This document shows positions 29,397 to 44,530 of a DNA stretch of 64,000 bases, piece after piece. Below the pieces are notes generated by a model. The model was not told the DNA's origin, made no database searches, and saw only the letters and a program-made list of their open reading frames with translations. Positions within the stretch are counted from its first letter, which is position 1; every line of letters begins with the position of its first letter. The DNA comes from Candidatus Latescibacterota bacterium. GTDB taxonomy: Bacteria; Latescibacterota; UBA2968; UBA8231. Location: positions 3,104,001 to 3,168,000 of the forward strand of contig OZ241362.1 in assembly GCA_965200315.1 (NCBI GenBank), in the 5' to 3' direction. The translations under genes and the position numbers were made by a program.

Positions 29397-30681
29397 TCTG
29401 TACTGGTCGGCGCAAGTTTTCCTCGTCGAGCCGAACCTCGACGTGGATTTGCTGCCGGTGTTCGTCGATTAATTGGCGCACGGCTTTTGCGGTGCGGCTT
29501 TCGCGGATCAGACCCTCGATTACGGCTTGGTCATCGTCAATTTTGATGATATGGCCGCCATCGTCAAAAAAGAAGGGTTCGCTGATGTCGCCCAGCTTGA
29601 GGTTGCGGAGGTAAGGCTGGAGGAATTCGGGGATCTGGTCTTTAGGGAAGGTGCCCCAGAGACCGCCCTGCATGGCCGTCTGCGGATTGGCCGAATACTG
29701 GCGGGCGAGTTGGGAAAACTCCTCGCCGTTCTGGGCGCGGTGGCGCAAATTTTCTAGCGTTTCCCGCGCTCGCTCTTGGTCGTTTTCCGAGGTTTGAGCC
29801 AAGACGAGGATGTGGCTGGCGCAGATGGAGTCTTCGCGCTTTTCGCGCACCTGTATCAAGTGGTAGCCGTACGGACTCAAGACCGGCTCGCTAGTCTGAC
29901 CTGGTTTGAGGGCAAAGGCCACTTCCTCAAACTCGGGCACCAAAGTCCCCGGCGAGAAACAGCCCAGGTCGCCACCAAGAGAAGCACTACCGGGATCTTC
30001 CGAGTGGGTGCGGGCTATGGTAGAGAAATCGCCGCCAGCGTCTAGCAGGGCTTGGATTTCTTCGACCTGCGCTCGCTTTTCTTTTAGCACTTCATCGCTG
30101 GGCAGGACCTCGGTCAGAATGTGGCTGAGTGAGATTTGGGCAGGCAAGGTGTCTTGGTGGGCGATGAGGAACTTTTCTACGTCGCGGTGGCTGACATGTA
30201 CCCGGTACGAGACAAAGGTGCGCATCTGGCGCGAGAGTAGGCGATGGCGAATTTCCTTGCGGTAGCGGGCCTTGAGCTGGCGCTCGCTTAAGCCCACGCG
30301 CTCTAGCATCTGCGCGAATTCTCCGTCGCTCATGCTGCTCTTGGCCATCTGGAACTGCTGGCCGAGCATTTCCTCGACTTCTGAGGGGTCGATCTGAATG
30401 CTGTCCTGTTGGGCCTTGAGAACCAGTACTTGCTCGTCGATCATGGCGTCGAGGATCTCGCGGCGGAGCGCCGTGATTTGCTCGGATTCGGCAAAGATTG
30501 ACAGCCCGCGCTGCTCGGCCTCAAAGCGCAGTCGGTAGTTGAGTTCGGACCAAAGGATTGTGTGATTGTCAACGGTGGCGACGATGCGGTCGATGAGTTC
30601 GGGCGAGGCCCCTGCTCGCGGCGCGATACACAGCGCGAGACAGAGCACTAACAACAGGCGATTTGGCGAATGGAGTAGCAT
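29344..30681 (-). CDS. surA: SurA-like periplasmic chaperone / parvulin PPIase
   Basis: Signal peptide, IDRIVATVD and two parvulin domains (SHIL, HSEDPGS, GGDLG, GYHLI). Confidence 0.85.
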   Translation of the reverse strand: MLLHSPNRLLLVLCLALCIAPRAGASPELIDRIVATVDNHTILWSELNYRLRFEAEQRGLSIFAESEQITALRREILDAMIDEQVLVLKAQQDSIQIDPSEVEEMLGQQFQMAKSSMSDGEFAQMLERVGLSERQLKARYRKEIRHRLLSRQMRTFVSYRVHVSHRDVEKFLIAHQDTLPAQISLSHILTEVLPSDEVLKEKRAQVEEIQALLDAGGDFSTIARTHSEDPGSASLGGDLGCFSPGTLVPEFEEVAFALKPGQTSEPVLSPYGYHLIQVREKREDSICASHILVLAQTSENDQERARETLENLRHRAQNGEEFSQLARQYSANPQTAMQGGLWGTFPKDQIPEFLQPYLRNLKLGDISEPFFFDDGGHIIKIDDDQAVIEGLIRESRTAKAVRQLIDEHRQQIHVEVRLDEENLRRPVQNATGYLSEEHGADQAAQ

Positions 30682-30683
30682 AA

Positions 30684-31501
30684 TCAGGGGTTGGTGGGGG
30701 CTGCGATAGCCCAGTCTGTGGATTTTTTGAGTTTGTCGACGAGTTGGTCGAGCTGAGATTGGTGATGCTTGCGGACCAGCGCCTCGACGATCTGGGAGCG
30801 CACCTGTGTTAGGTCGCGGACCGTGCCAGCCTCGCAGTGCTCTAGGACCTGAATGAGGTGGTAGCCGTACTCGGTCGGCACTGGCTCGGAAATGATCTTG
30901 AGTGGTAGGCCTTGGCACGCGGCCCACAAGATGGGCTTTTCTACTTCGGAAAGATAGCCCAACTCGCCTCCTTCGTTGCGGGTGGCGGCATCGTGCGAGT
31001 ACTTGCGAGCCACCTCGGCAAAACTCTCGCCGCGCTGTAGCAGAGTTTGACGCCGGGCGCTGGCCTCGCGCTGGCTAGTCAGGAGGATGTGCCGCGCCCT
31101 AATCTCGGGATGCTGCCGGCGAAAATCAGCTTGATTCTCGTCGTAGTAGCCGCGGATTGCGGCCTCGCTGAAGACGAGCTCTTGGTCTTGGAACTCCGCG
31201 TCGAGCAAGGCCGCCACCAGCAGGTCGCGCCGCATCTGCGCTAGGAGCGTTTTGAGCCGCTCCTGATGGTGGAGCCCACGGGCGAGCGCTTCTTGATAGA
31301 GCAATTCTTGGCGCACCCAGCCCTCGATTAGTTGCGCCCGCTCCTCTTTGGCTAGCTCGGCATCGAGGCCGAGCGCGAGTTGGCTGGCGAACTCGCGCTC
31401 TGTGAGCTCGGCGTCTCCGACGCGGGCGATGAGGTCACGGGTGCTCAACGATTCGCACCCCGGCAGTGCGCTGAGTGCGAGCGCGATGGCAAGCAGTGCG
31501 T

Positions 31502-31505
<4 letters not shown>
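30684..31505 (-). CDS. Parvulin-type PPIase lipoprotein (PrsA-like)
   Basis: Lipobox LPGC; motifs RARHIL, GGELG and YGYHLI. Probable CTG start overlapping the mfd TGA. Confidence 0.85.
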
Positions 31506-34900
<3,395 letters not shown>

Positions 34901-34978
34901 TGTGGTCTCAACGTGCTATTAGAGAATTTTGTGCGGCGAAAACAGCCGGAGGGGGCATGTTCACGGTCGGGATGTCCG

Positions 34979-35014
34979 AAAAAAAGGGTCTGCGACGGCA
35001 TGTCGTAAACCCTT
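34979..35014 (-). terminator. Rho-independent terminator after tRNA-Ala
   Basis: Minus strand AAAGGGTTTACGAC-atgcc-GTCGCAGACCCTTTTTTT. Confidence 0.75.
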
Positions 35015-35034
35015 TATTACCTGACAGCTTATCA

Positions 35035-35110
35035 TGGTGGAGCTGAGGGGAATCGAACCCCTGACCTCCTGAATGCCATTCAGGCGCTCTCCCAACTGAG
35101 CTACAGCCCC
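35035..35110 (-). tRNA. tRNA-Ala(GGC)
   Basis: GGGGCTGTAGCTCAGTTGGGAGAGCG-CCTGA-ATGGCAT-TCAGG...GTTCGATT...CTCCACCA; 76 nt, encoded CCA. TTGACG -35 upstream. Confidence 0.98.
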
Positions 35111-35162
35111 ACAAGAGCAAAAAAGATAAGCAATCCCCCGCTACATCGTCAAGGAGTCGAGT

Positions 35163-35714
35163 TCAGCCGCCGTTGATCACAACGCCCATGTTGAGGTCGG
35201 TGGCTGTGTAGTAGTCGCGGTCGGAGAAACTGGGTCCTAGCGAAAAAAAGGCCACGCGCACTTGCACTTGCATTCCCGCGTCGAAGCCGTCGCCGGTCCT
35301 CAGCGTGAGCGTCCCTAGGATGTCATCGCCCTTTTTGGTTTCGGTGATGCTCGCGCCGCCGGTGCGCCACAGCCCTTCTTCCGTTAGCTCAATGCTGAGA
35401 GGCGGGGTGAGAAAGGGTGCCGTCGCGGCGAAAGAAGAGCCTTCAAAGGCCAAGGCATTGGCTGGCTCGATCTCTAAGCGCAGCTCAAACTGTTTGACGT
35501 TTACCATGCCTTGGGCCGCAAAGGTGAGGACGACTTCTTGACCGGGGCTGGTCGCCGTGAATTGGCCCTCCTCGATCCGAATGCTTTGCGCGTAGCGGCC
35601 GTCGAACTGGGCTGAGAGTGCTGGCGGATCGGCGTTGGGGCGTTGGGTCGAGTCCGTGCCACAGGAAGCGAACAACGCGGCGAGGAGGAGTAAGGTACAA
35701 TGGCGAATTTTCAT
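35163..35714 (-). CDS. Hypothetical lipoprotein (beta-sandwich, cohesin-like)
   Basis: MKIRHCTLLLLAALFASC lipobox; GAGG RBS. Confidence 0.75.
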   Translation of the reverse strand: MKIRHCTLLLLAALFASCGTDSTQRPNADPPALSAQFDGRYAQSIRIEEGQFTATSPGQEVVLTFAAQGMVNVKQFELRLEIEPANALAFEGSSFAATAPFLTPPLSIELTEEGLWRTGGASITETKKGDDILGTLTLRTGDGFDAGMQVQVRVAFFSLGPSFSDRDYYTATDLNMGVVINGG

Positions 35715-35799
35715 GGGATACCTCAAATCGGCGGTCTTCGTTTGACAGTGTGCTAAGGGCAGCACTTGCTTCAAAGAGGTTGTTTGGGGATGATTAAGC

Positions 35800-35970
35800 A
35801 AGCATTTTATTCCGATTAGAAGCGTTCTTAAACCCTCCGGACGAGTGCTTTGCGGCGCGGCTGACGCCTTGGGGTCCTGTGTTTTTCGCGGGCGAGACGC
35901 CCTCGTGAGAGGATGGAGACCCAACCCGGAATGTTGAGAACGCTTCTTAGAACGTAGAAAATGGGCTTGA
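35800..35970. ncRNA. Candidate structured RNA or nested palindromic element
   Basis: Nested pairings: AGAAGCGTTCTTAA / TTGAGAACGCTTCT, TCCGG / CCGGA, TTGGGGTC / GACCCAA, GGGCG-aga-CGCCC and GGCG-N7-CGCC. Confidence 0.35.
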
Positions 35971-36017
35971 GTCAACGGGCCGCGTGTTAGATGTTTAGGG
36001 GCGATGCCGAGAGCGAT

Positions 36018-36365
36018 ATGTTTTCTTACTTCGTATATCTGGTCTGCTGGATTTTTCTAATCTGCTTAGCCTATGCAGCCTGTGTGATCGTAGGGCGGCT
36101 GGTGGCTTTGCGCCGTCTGCGGCAGATCGCCTTCCGAGTACAGATGCTGGCCCACGGCCGCACCTTGCGGCTCGGCAGCCTGCTCAACGCCCACCCGCTG
36201 TTGTTGTTTTTCTCCGACCAACTCTCCGTCGAGCTCGATCGCGAGCTCGGTCACTTGGAGCGCCGCCACCGCATCCAAATTCCCTACCCCCAGTATCTGC
36301 CATTCGCGTCCGACCGGCTCAAGCTGCTGAGACGCCGCGTCGAGCGAATTGAGCACCGCCGCTAA
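36018..36365 (+). CDS. Hypothetical single-pass membrane protein
   Basis: N-terminal hydrophobic helix followed by a basic domain. Confidence 0.6.
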   Translation: MFSYFVYLVCWIFLICLAYAACVIVGRLVALRRLRQIAFRVQMLAHGRTLRLGSLLNAHPLLLFFSDQLSVELDRELGHLERRHRIQIPYPQYLPFASDRLKLLRRRVERIEHRR

Positions 36366-36859
36366 GGCAAAGATGCTTTCAGTCTGAGCCACGCTTTGCC
36401 GCGCTGCATCTCCACTCGTATCGCGGCCCCGGCCCCAAAGTCCGCGAGGTGGGCATCGACATAGGCGTCGATGGCGGCTAAGGCGACCGAGAGCGCGAAG
36501 TAGAGCAGGCGACTGTTGCGGCGGGCGGTGCGGTCTTGGTGTTCCTCGGGCGTGGGCGCGGAGCGGATGCGGCGATGCTCGACCACAACCGAGGTAAGGG
36601 CCGCCGCGCTTGCCGCGCCGAAGAACAGCCCCTTGACGGGGCGGCCATTGTAGAACTGGCCCCAGCCGGGCAACACGGCCGAGCGCAGAAGCGCACCATG
36701 CACCGAAGGCAGGGTGGCGGCTTCAGCACTAAGGCCGGACCGTGCGGTGCGAGTCGAATCGGCCTCTGCTTCTGTGGCGTGGGCCGGTCGCCCCGCGAAC
36801 AGGACGAGGAGCAGGCTAGCCCAGCCGCATGTCAGTCGCAATCGGGTAGCCCCGCACAA
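36362..36859 (-). CDS. DUF5683-like membrane protein
   Basis: Motifs RSAVLPGWGQFYN and IDAYVDAHL. Start uncertain. Confidence 0.8.
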   Translation of the reverse strand: MCGATRLRLTCGWASLLLVLFAGRPAHATEAEADSTRTARSGLSAEAATLPSVHGALLRSAVLPGWGQFYNGRPVKGLFFGAASAAALTSVVVEHRRIRSAPTPEEHQDRTARRNSRLLYFALSVALAAIDAYVDAHLADFGAGAAIRVEMQRGKAWLRLKASLP

Positions 36860-37745
36860 AGGCCGTTCCTTCCATGACAGCTTTGCCCGCTGGTTGTACT
36901 TGGGTCAGTTGTAGAGTGCCCTCGCCGCAGGCCACGGTTAAACCTCGACGGCCATCGGCGCAGAGTACGGTGCCGGGTGCGCCGCTGCCCTCAGCGTGCT
37001 GAGCCCGATGCACTTTAAGCGTTTTGCCCTGCCAGTGGGTATAGGCTCCGGGGACGGGATTCATGCTGCGGACGAGGTTGCGCACCCGCTCAGCCGGTTG
37101 GTGCCAGTCAATTTGGCCGTCCTTCTTGGTCAGCTTGGGGGCGCGACTGACGCCGTCCTTACCTTGGGGCCGTCCAGTGAGGCGGCCGTCTGCTAGTCCA
37201 TCGACAGTCTCCACGACCATCTTGGCACCCTCCACGCACAAGCGGGTTTCCAGCTCACCGGCCGTCTCGTCATGGCCGACGGCAAAGCGGCGCTGGAGCA
37301 AGATGTGCCCGGCGTCGATGCGCGGGCTGAGTTGGAAAGTGGTGATGCCAGTTTCCAACTCGCCATTGGCCACTGCCCAGATAATGGGAGCCGCGCCGCG
37401 GTAGGCTGGCAAAAGCGAAGGATGTAGGTTGATTGAGCCTAGGCGAGGAATGGCGAGTAGGTGCCGGGGGAGAATTGAAAAGGCGACGACGACAAAAAGG
37501 TCGGGCGTGTGCGCAGCTAGCGTTGAGGCTAGCGCGGGGTCGTTGACCGCGGCCGGTTGCAGAACTTCTAATTCTAATCCGAGCTTTAAGGCTTGTTCTT
37601 TGACGGGTGGGCTAGCGAGCTGGCGGCCCCGCCCTTGGGGCCGGTCAGGATTGGTGACGACGGCGATGATCTGGTGGTGGCTCTGGGCGAGGGCGTTTAA
37701 GGAAGGAACCGCAAAGCGCGGAGTTCCCATAAAAACGAGCCTCAC
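36816..37745 (-). CDS. fmt: Methionyl-tRNA formyltransferase
   Basis: Motifs VFMGTPRFA, NLHPSLLPAYRGAAPI and DAG. Confidence 0.97.
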   Translation of the reverse strand: MRLVFMGTPRFAVPSLNALAQSHHQIIAVVTNPDRPQGRGRQLASPPVKEQALKLGLELEVLQPAAVNDPALASTLAAHTPDLFVVVAFSILPRHLLAIPRLGSINLHPSLLPAYRGAAPIIWAVANGELETGITTFQLSPRIDAGHILLQRRFAVGHDETAGELETRLCVEGAKMVVETVDGLADGRLTGRPQGKDGVSRAPKLTKKDGQIDWHQPAERVRNLVRSMNPVPGAYTHWQGKTLKVHRAQHAEGSGAPGTVLCADGRRGLTVACGEGTLQLTQVQPAGKAVMEGTAFVRGYPIATDMRLG

Positions 37746-38086
37746 TACTTCCCCTTGTCGTCTTCTTTATTCTTTACCCGCGAAACAGCCGCCCGCGAGA
37801 CTTCGATCTTGACGTTGTCGGCGATTTTGACCACGAGGATGTCGTCTTTGATGTTGAGAATGGTGCCGTGGATCCCGCCACTGGTGACGATTTCATCGTT
37901 TTTTTCGAGTTCGTCGATCATCCGCTGTTGGTTCCTCTGCTTCTTCATCTGCGGCCGCAAGATCAAGAGGTAGAGAACCAGAAACATCAGCGCAAAGGGT
38001 AGGAGCGAGACGATGGGGTTGGGCTGTTGGCCGCCGTCGGAGGGTGCGCCGCCGAGGGCGTAAGCTGTGGAAATGAGATCGAACAC
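37745..38086 (-). CDS. yajC: Preprotein translocase subunit YajC
   Basis: Motifs YLLILRPQMKKQ and IVTSGGIHG. Confidence 0.96.
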   Translation of the reverse strand: MFDLISTAYALGGAPSDGGQQPNPIVSLLPFALMFLVLYLLILRPQMKKQRNQQRMIDELEKNDEIVTSGGIHGTILNIKDDILVVKIADNVKIEVSRAAVSRVKNKEDDKGK

Positions 38087-38188
38087 GGATCAGTTCCTTT
38101 CGGTAGAGTAAAAGCTCTAGAAAATTTAATAAAAATTCTCGTGCTGAGTAATACCGGCATAAGATAATCCGCAGATGGATGCAGAATC

Positions 38189-38218
38189 GTAGGGGCGAGC
38201 GGCCGGCCCTCGCCCTAC
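38189..38218. repeat. GTAG-type REP element
   Basis: GTAGGGGCGAGCGGCCGGCCCTCGCCCTAC. Confidence 0.65.
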
Positions 38219-38224
38219 TACTTT

Positions 38225-38254
38225 TTGACATTAAAGCACTTTTGCCATTAAGAT
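38225..38254 (+). promoter_or_regulatory. Sigma70-type promoter
   Basis: TTGACA-18 bp-TAAGAT upstream of the 38288 gene. Confidence 0.6.
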
Positions 38255-38287
38255 GGTGATAACGAGATTGAGACAGGAGAATTGGAC

Positions 38288-38851
38288 ATGAGCAGAAAAG
38301 GGCGCAAGGCGCGGCACCAAGGACTGAACAAGTATCAGCGAGCGGCTTTCCGCCAAGGCGAACTGCGCGTGGGGCGCGAAGAGATTCAAGAGATGTTGCA
38401 GATGTCGCGCAGTGCCGATCCAGAAGATCGCCTACAGTCGGCGTCCTTTTTGTGCCCCTGCCACGTGCGGCGGAGCATCGACGAGGTTTGGAAGGCGCTC
38501 TATCGGATGCTCGAAGACCAAGATACGCGGGTGCGCCGCGCTGCTTGGCACACGCTCGAAGACGGCGGCAAACCCGACGACCCCATGCTCGACGCGATCA
38601 TAGAACGAACCTTGGAGCGCGAGACTGACCGGCAAGTGCTCAATTTTGCGCGGCTGTTTTCCCAAGGGCGCGAAAAGCGCAAACAGGTCGAATTTGAGCT
38701 AGCGGCGGTTTCCGAATACGCCGAGCGCGGTAGATGCGATTTCTGCGGCGAGCAATCCGTGCCAGTCAAGAAGGATTTTGCAACCGAACTCGACGTGGGC
38801 GGCGTACGGCGATTCGCCCTAGTCTGTTCGCCTTGCGATCAAGCAGCCTGA
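38288..38851 (+). CDS. HEAT-repeat protein with CPCH motif and C-terminal CxxC...CxxC ribbon
   Basis: Motifs FLCPCHVRR, LEDQDTRVRRAAWHTL and CDFC...CSPC. Confidence 0.8.
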   Translation: MSRKGRKARHQGLNKYQRAAFRQGELRVGREEIQEMLQMSRSADPEDRLQSASFLCPCHVRRSIDEVWKALYRMLEDQDTRVRRAAWHTLEDGGKPDDPMLDAIIERTLERETDRQVLNFARLFSQGREKRKQVEFELAAVSEYAERGRCDFCGEQSVPVKKDFATELDVGGVRRFALVCSPCDQAA

Positions 38852-38861
38852 GCCAAGCCTT

Positions 38862-41125
<2,264 letters not shown>

Positions 41126-41129
41126 TGGC

Positions 41130-41801
41130 TCAAGGCGCGATTTGTTGCTTTAGTACCGCCCAGCTAAAGACGTTTGCCAAGGGCTTGCCGGCTCCACCGC
41201 AGTCGCCTGCCCCTGACAAGGCATCGTTTTCCCAGCGGATAATTTTCCACAGGTCGTCTTCTGGATCGAGGCGGAGCTTGTAATTCATAAACTGATCTAC
41301 GCGAAAGCCGTCGCCATTCTCGTCGAGCAAGAGCATCTGGACCCGGCCACGGAAGACCTCCCAATCTTCGTCCGGGTGGCCGTTGGGGTCTCCAGGAAAA
41401 TTTTCCGGGTAATCGGAGCCGAGTTCTTGAGAGCGGCGGGTAAGCTCAAAGTCGAAGTCGAAATCGCGATAAATGTCGAAAATACCCGGCTGTGAACCAT
41501 CGCGACTGCCGGTCATGATATCTAGTTCTTCGTCTAGGCCGTAATGGTAATCCACTTCTCCTAGGCAATCCCATTCAGTAAACAAAAAATTTTTATCGAG
41601 CAAGCTCTCGTAGAGATCCTTGTCGCGGGTGCGCATGGCGCGAGCGAGGTTGTCCATGAGTTGCTCGGGAGTCGTAGCCGGGGGGGCGGGCGGGGCGGGC
41701 GGCTCTATTTCAGTGGGTCGCTGTGTATCGGGCGCAAAGGGGTTGCTGCAAGAACTCAGGGTAAAGAGGCCACAAAAAGCCAAGAGAGTGAACAATTTCA
41801 C
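41130..41801 (-). CDS. Hypothetical lipoprotein (NTF2-like?)
   Basis: Lipobox LSSC-SNPF; paralogous to 41956..42699. Confidence 0.8.
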   Translation of the reverse strand: MKLFTLLAFCGLFTLSSCSNPFAPDTQRPTEIEPPAPPAPPATTPEQLMDNLARAMRTRDKDLYESLLDKNFLFTEWDCLGEVDYHYGLDEELDIMTGSRDGSQPGIFDIYRDFDFDFELTRRSQELGSDYPENFPGDPNGHPDEDWEVFRGRVQMLLLDENGDGFRVDQFMNYKLRLDPEDDLWKIIRWENDALSGAGDCGGAGKPLANVFSWAVLKQQIAP

Positions 41802-41955
41802 GATCGTACTCCACTTTTGTTACAAGGTTAGTTGTGCTACTTAAAATATAACCATTCTCCAGAAGTATAGGAGAATGGACTACCGATAACAAAGGTTAGA
41901 CTTGAGTTTCGATACGGACTCTTGGAGGTGGTTATAAAAGAAACGGGCCGAGCGT

Positions 41956-42699
41956 TTATTGCGAAAAGTGCGCCCGTAGTTCTCCCCAAGAAAACTTCGC
42001 CGAAGCCCGATCGCGCTCGTCGATCCAAGCTGCGATTGACCACACCGGATTCTCCACCGTGGGCGTCACCAGTTCGATTGTGGCAAACCCACTAATGCCA
42101 ATTGTGGTGAACTTCGTTTCCACCGAGTCTGCTCCAACCGCGCTAATTACCTCGACGAATTCGGCTTCGTAGGGAAATCTGAAGGTCTCGCGCAGATCGT
42201 CGTCGGCCGGGATGCGCTCGTCCGACGATTTGTACCAGCGCACAAAATGTGCGCTGTGGATTCGCTCCGAGGAGAGAATGAGGCGGGCAAAGTTGCGCTC
42301 CTCAGCCACCCCCCAGACGGTATCGCGGTCAACAGCATACACTTCTGGATATAGCTGCACATCCTCGGGGTCGGGGATGAAAACAAAGTCGTCGGCAAAC
42401 TGATCCATGTACTGTTGAGGGCTGCGCTTTTCGTCGGCGCGAAAGATATCAGCGAGATTGGCCAGCACGGCTTCGGGGCGCGTGCGCTCGCGCAGGAAGA
42501 GTTGTGGCCCGCTGGGGCAGTCGGGGATCTGGGTTGATAGCGGGGTCTTAGGGTCGGGGCGCTCCTCGACCGCGTCAGCGCAATGGGGAAAGATCTCGAT
42601 ACTCGTGTCGGGCGCACAGCGACAATCCACTTGTTCGCTGTCGCCGATAGCGCAGCCAGCCAACAATGCCGCGAGTAGAAATGTTCGGAACGAGATCAT
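41956..42699 (-). CDS. Hypothetical lipoprotein (NTF2-like?), Cys-rich N-terminus
   Basis: Lipobox LAGC; shares PExxxxNL, FxF, WxIxxW and FSW motifs with 41130..41801. Confidence 0.8.
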   Translation of the reverse strand: MISFRTFLLAALLAGCAIGDSEQVDCRCAPDTSIEIFPHCADAVEERPDPKTPLSTQIPDCPSGPQLFLRERTRPEAVLANLADIFRADEKRSPQQYMDQFADDFVFIPDPEDVQLYPEVYAVDRDTVWGVAEERNFARLILSSERIHSAHFVRWYKSSDERIPADDDLRETFRFPYEAEFVEVISAVGADSVETKFTTIGISGFATIELVTPTVENPVWSIAAWIDERDRASAKFSWGELRAHFSQ

Positions 42700-42707
42700 G
42701 GCACGGC

Positions 42708-43673
42708 TCAGTGGGTGACAAAAGGCACGGGAGCGAAACAGACGACAAAGACCAGCAGACAGAGATAACCGACGAAGTACCGGCAGCGGTCCAGCGCGAC
42801 AAAGGGATCGTAGGGGGCCGGGTGGTCCTTGCCAAAAAGCGCGAGGAAAAAGGCCAGTGCTAGCCACCCTGGCCATCCTTGGGGCCATTCCCATACTAGC
42901 GCTAGGACTCCATAAAGCCCCAAGGCCAGCAAAGCGACGTAGGCCGTGCGGGCGATCTGCCGATGCCGGGGGCCAAAGAGCGCGTACGCGATATGGCCCC
43001 CGTCGAGCTGGCCGATGGGGAAGAGATTAAAGGCTGTGATAAACAGCCCGACCCAACCGGCAAAAGCTACCGGGTCTAAGAGGACCATTTGGCCTGGCTC
43101 AATGGCGGGCAAGACGAGCGCGGCGATGCCGGAAAAGAGCAAAGGGGCCCCCAATTCAATGGGGGAGGAGTGAAAGTAATCGGCTGAGACTACGGCCGAG
43201 CGCGAAAGCCCGGCGAAGCAGGCCACGAGGGCGACGACAAAGCCCGCTAAGGGGCCGGCGGCCCCAATGTCGAGAAGGGCGCGCTTGTTGGGGATAGGGG
43301 AGCGAATTTTGATGACTGCGCCCAACGTGCCGAGGAAGGAAACATAGGGCAGGGGAAGAAAATAGGGCAGCGAGGCCCTGACTCCCCAGCGGCGCGCAGC
43401 AAAGTAATGGCCGAATTCGTGGACCGTGAGAATAAAGAGCAGAGTCGCGGCAAAAGGGAGGCCCTCGACGAGGTGGACCATGGCCGCGAGGCTGGTCAGC
43501 GGATCAATGCCTTGCTGCATGGCACCAGCGGTGGCAGTCGAAGCAATGGTACAGAAAAACAGCAGCAGGTGGACCCACAAGCGCGAGGAGTTGGTGCGCT
43601 GGACCGGGGGTGCGAGCGGAACTGGTGGGGCTGGCGGCACCACCGGCGACACTGTTTTGCGCCAGAAATTCAA
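42708..43673 (-). CDS. Site-2 protease (M50)
   Basis: Motifs HEFGH, AGPLAG and NLFPIGQLDGGH. Probable TTG start overlapping the upstream TGA. Confidence 0.92.
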   Translation of the reverse strand: MNFWRKTVSPVVPPAPPVPLAPPVQRTNSSRLWVHLLLFFCTIASTATAGAMQQGIDPLTSLAAMVHLVEGLPFAATLLFILTVHEFGHYFAARRWGVRASLPYFLPLPYVSFLGTLGAVIKIRSPIPNKRALLDIGAAGPLAGFVVALVACFAGLSRSAVVSADYFHSSPIELGAPLLFSGIAALVLPAIEPGQMVLLDPVAFAGWVGLFITAFNLFPIGQLDGGHIAYALFGPRHRQIARTAYVALLALGLYGVLALVWEWPQGWPGWLALAFFLALFGKDHPAPYDPFVALDRCRYFVGYLCLLVFVVCFAPVPFVTH

Positions 43674-44527
43674 GGGGTTGCGCTTTCCAACTGGAGACTG
43701 AGCCAGTGCGCGTCGCCCAAACCCGAGCCAAAAGGCACATAGGCGTAGTCGATGACCCACTGCTTGGCCGCGAGACCTACTCCGGCTGAGAGGCTGCGGT
43801 TTTCAGTGGTCTGGTAGCCGGCCCGTAGGCGCAGGTGCTCGCCGGCCCGGTACTCGCCGCCCAGATGCAACGTGAGGTCATCGCCGCGCACCTTTTGCGC
43901 TTCTACAGCCACGAGCACGTCTGCGCGACCGATGTAGGCAGCACCGAAACGAGCTTCTAAAGGCAGGTCTGTCTCCCGTTGATCGAGGCGGTTCATGCGG
44001 CCCAAGTTGCGCACCGTAGCCCCCAACCGCAGGCCGGCTGAGATGTCGCGCATCAAGCCGAGGTCGGCAGCTAAGCCGCTGGCGTTTTGGGTGAAAATGG
44101 ACTGGTAGATGAATTTTAGCTGCAAGCCGAGGCGCGTCTGCTCCATCTGGCGGGCGTAGCCTAGGCCAACCGCTCCCTCGTACACTCCGAAGTGCCCCAG
44201 CGGCTCAGCCGAGGGGCCGGTGCGACGCTCTAAGCCATCGGTCTGCCAGAGTTGGGCGGAAAGCCCCCAAGTGCCGCGGCCGCGGGCCTGCGTTAGGTGC
44301 AAGTGGTTTTGGCGGATCTGCTGGATTGAGGCTTGGTGGTTAAAGGCGACGCTGCGTCCACGCGATTGCCGCGCTGCCGGGTTGAGGGCTTGGGCGGCAA
44401 ACAGGGCAGTCGCCGCGCCAGCCAAGCCCGCAGCGCGGGCCCCGCCGCCTTGGCGCAGCGCGGGTAGGCCGACGGCGGCGAGGGCCGTGGGCAGCGTTAA
44501 AAGCGCAATCAATAAGAGAGCCGTCAT
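43670..44527 (-). CDS. PorV/PorQ-family outer-membrane beta-barrel
   Basis: Signal peptide; GARAAGLAGA, NPAA, DLG, NLG, LRAGY and IDYAY. Confidence 0.8.
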   Translation of the reverse strand: MTALLLIALLTLPTALAAVGLPALRQGGGARAAGLAGAATALFAAQALNPAARQSRGRSVAFNHQASIQQIRQNHLHLTQARGRGTWGLSAQLWQTDGLERRTGPSAEPLGHFGVYEGAVGLGYARQMEQTRLGLQLKFIYQSIFTQNASGLAADLGLMRDISAGLRLGATVRNLGRMNRLDQRETDLPLEARFGAAYIGRADVLVAVEAQKVRGDDLTLHLGGEYRAGEHLRLRAGYQTTENRSLSAGVGLAAKQWVIDYAYVPFGSGLGDAHWLSLQLESATP

Positions 44528-44530
44528 TTG

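Noticed and set aside
34908-35120. 70-aa ORF
   Set aside because: It is a shadow translation of tRNA-Ala and its terminator.
35800-35970. 6S RNA or c-di-GMP-I riboswitch
   Set aside because: Only short motif resemblances (ACCCAACC; GCAAAG on the minus strand), and the spacing and architecture do not fit. Kept as an unassigned candidate.
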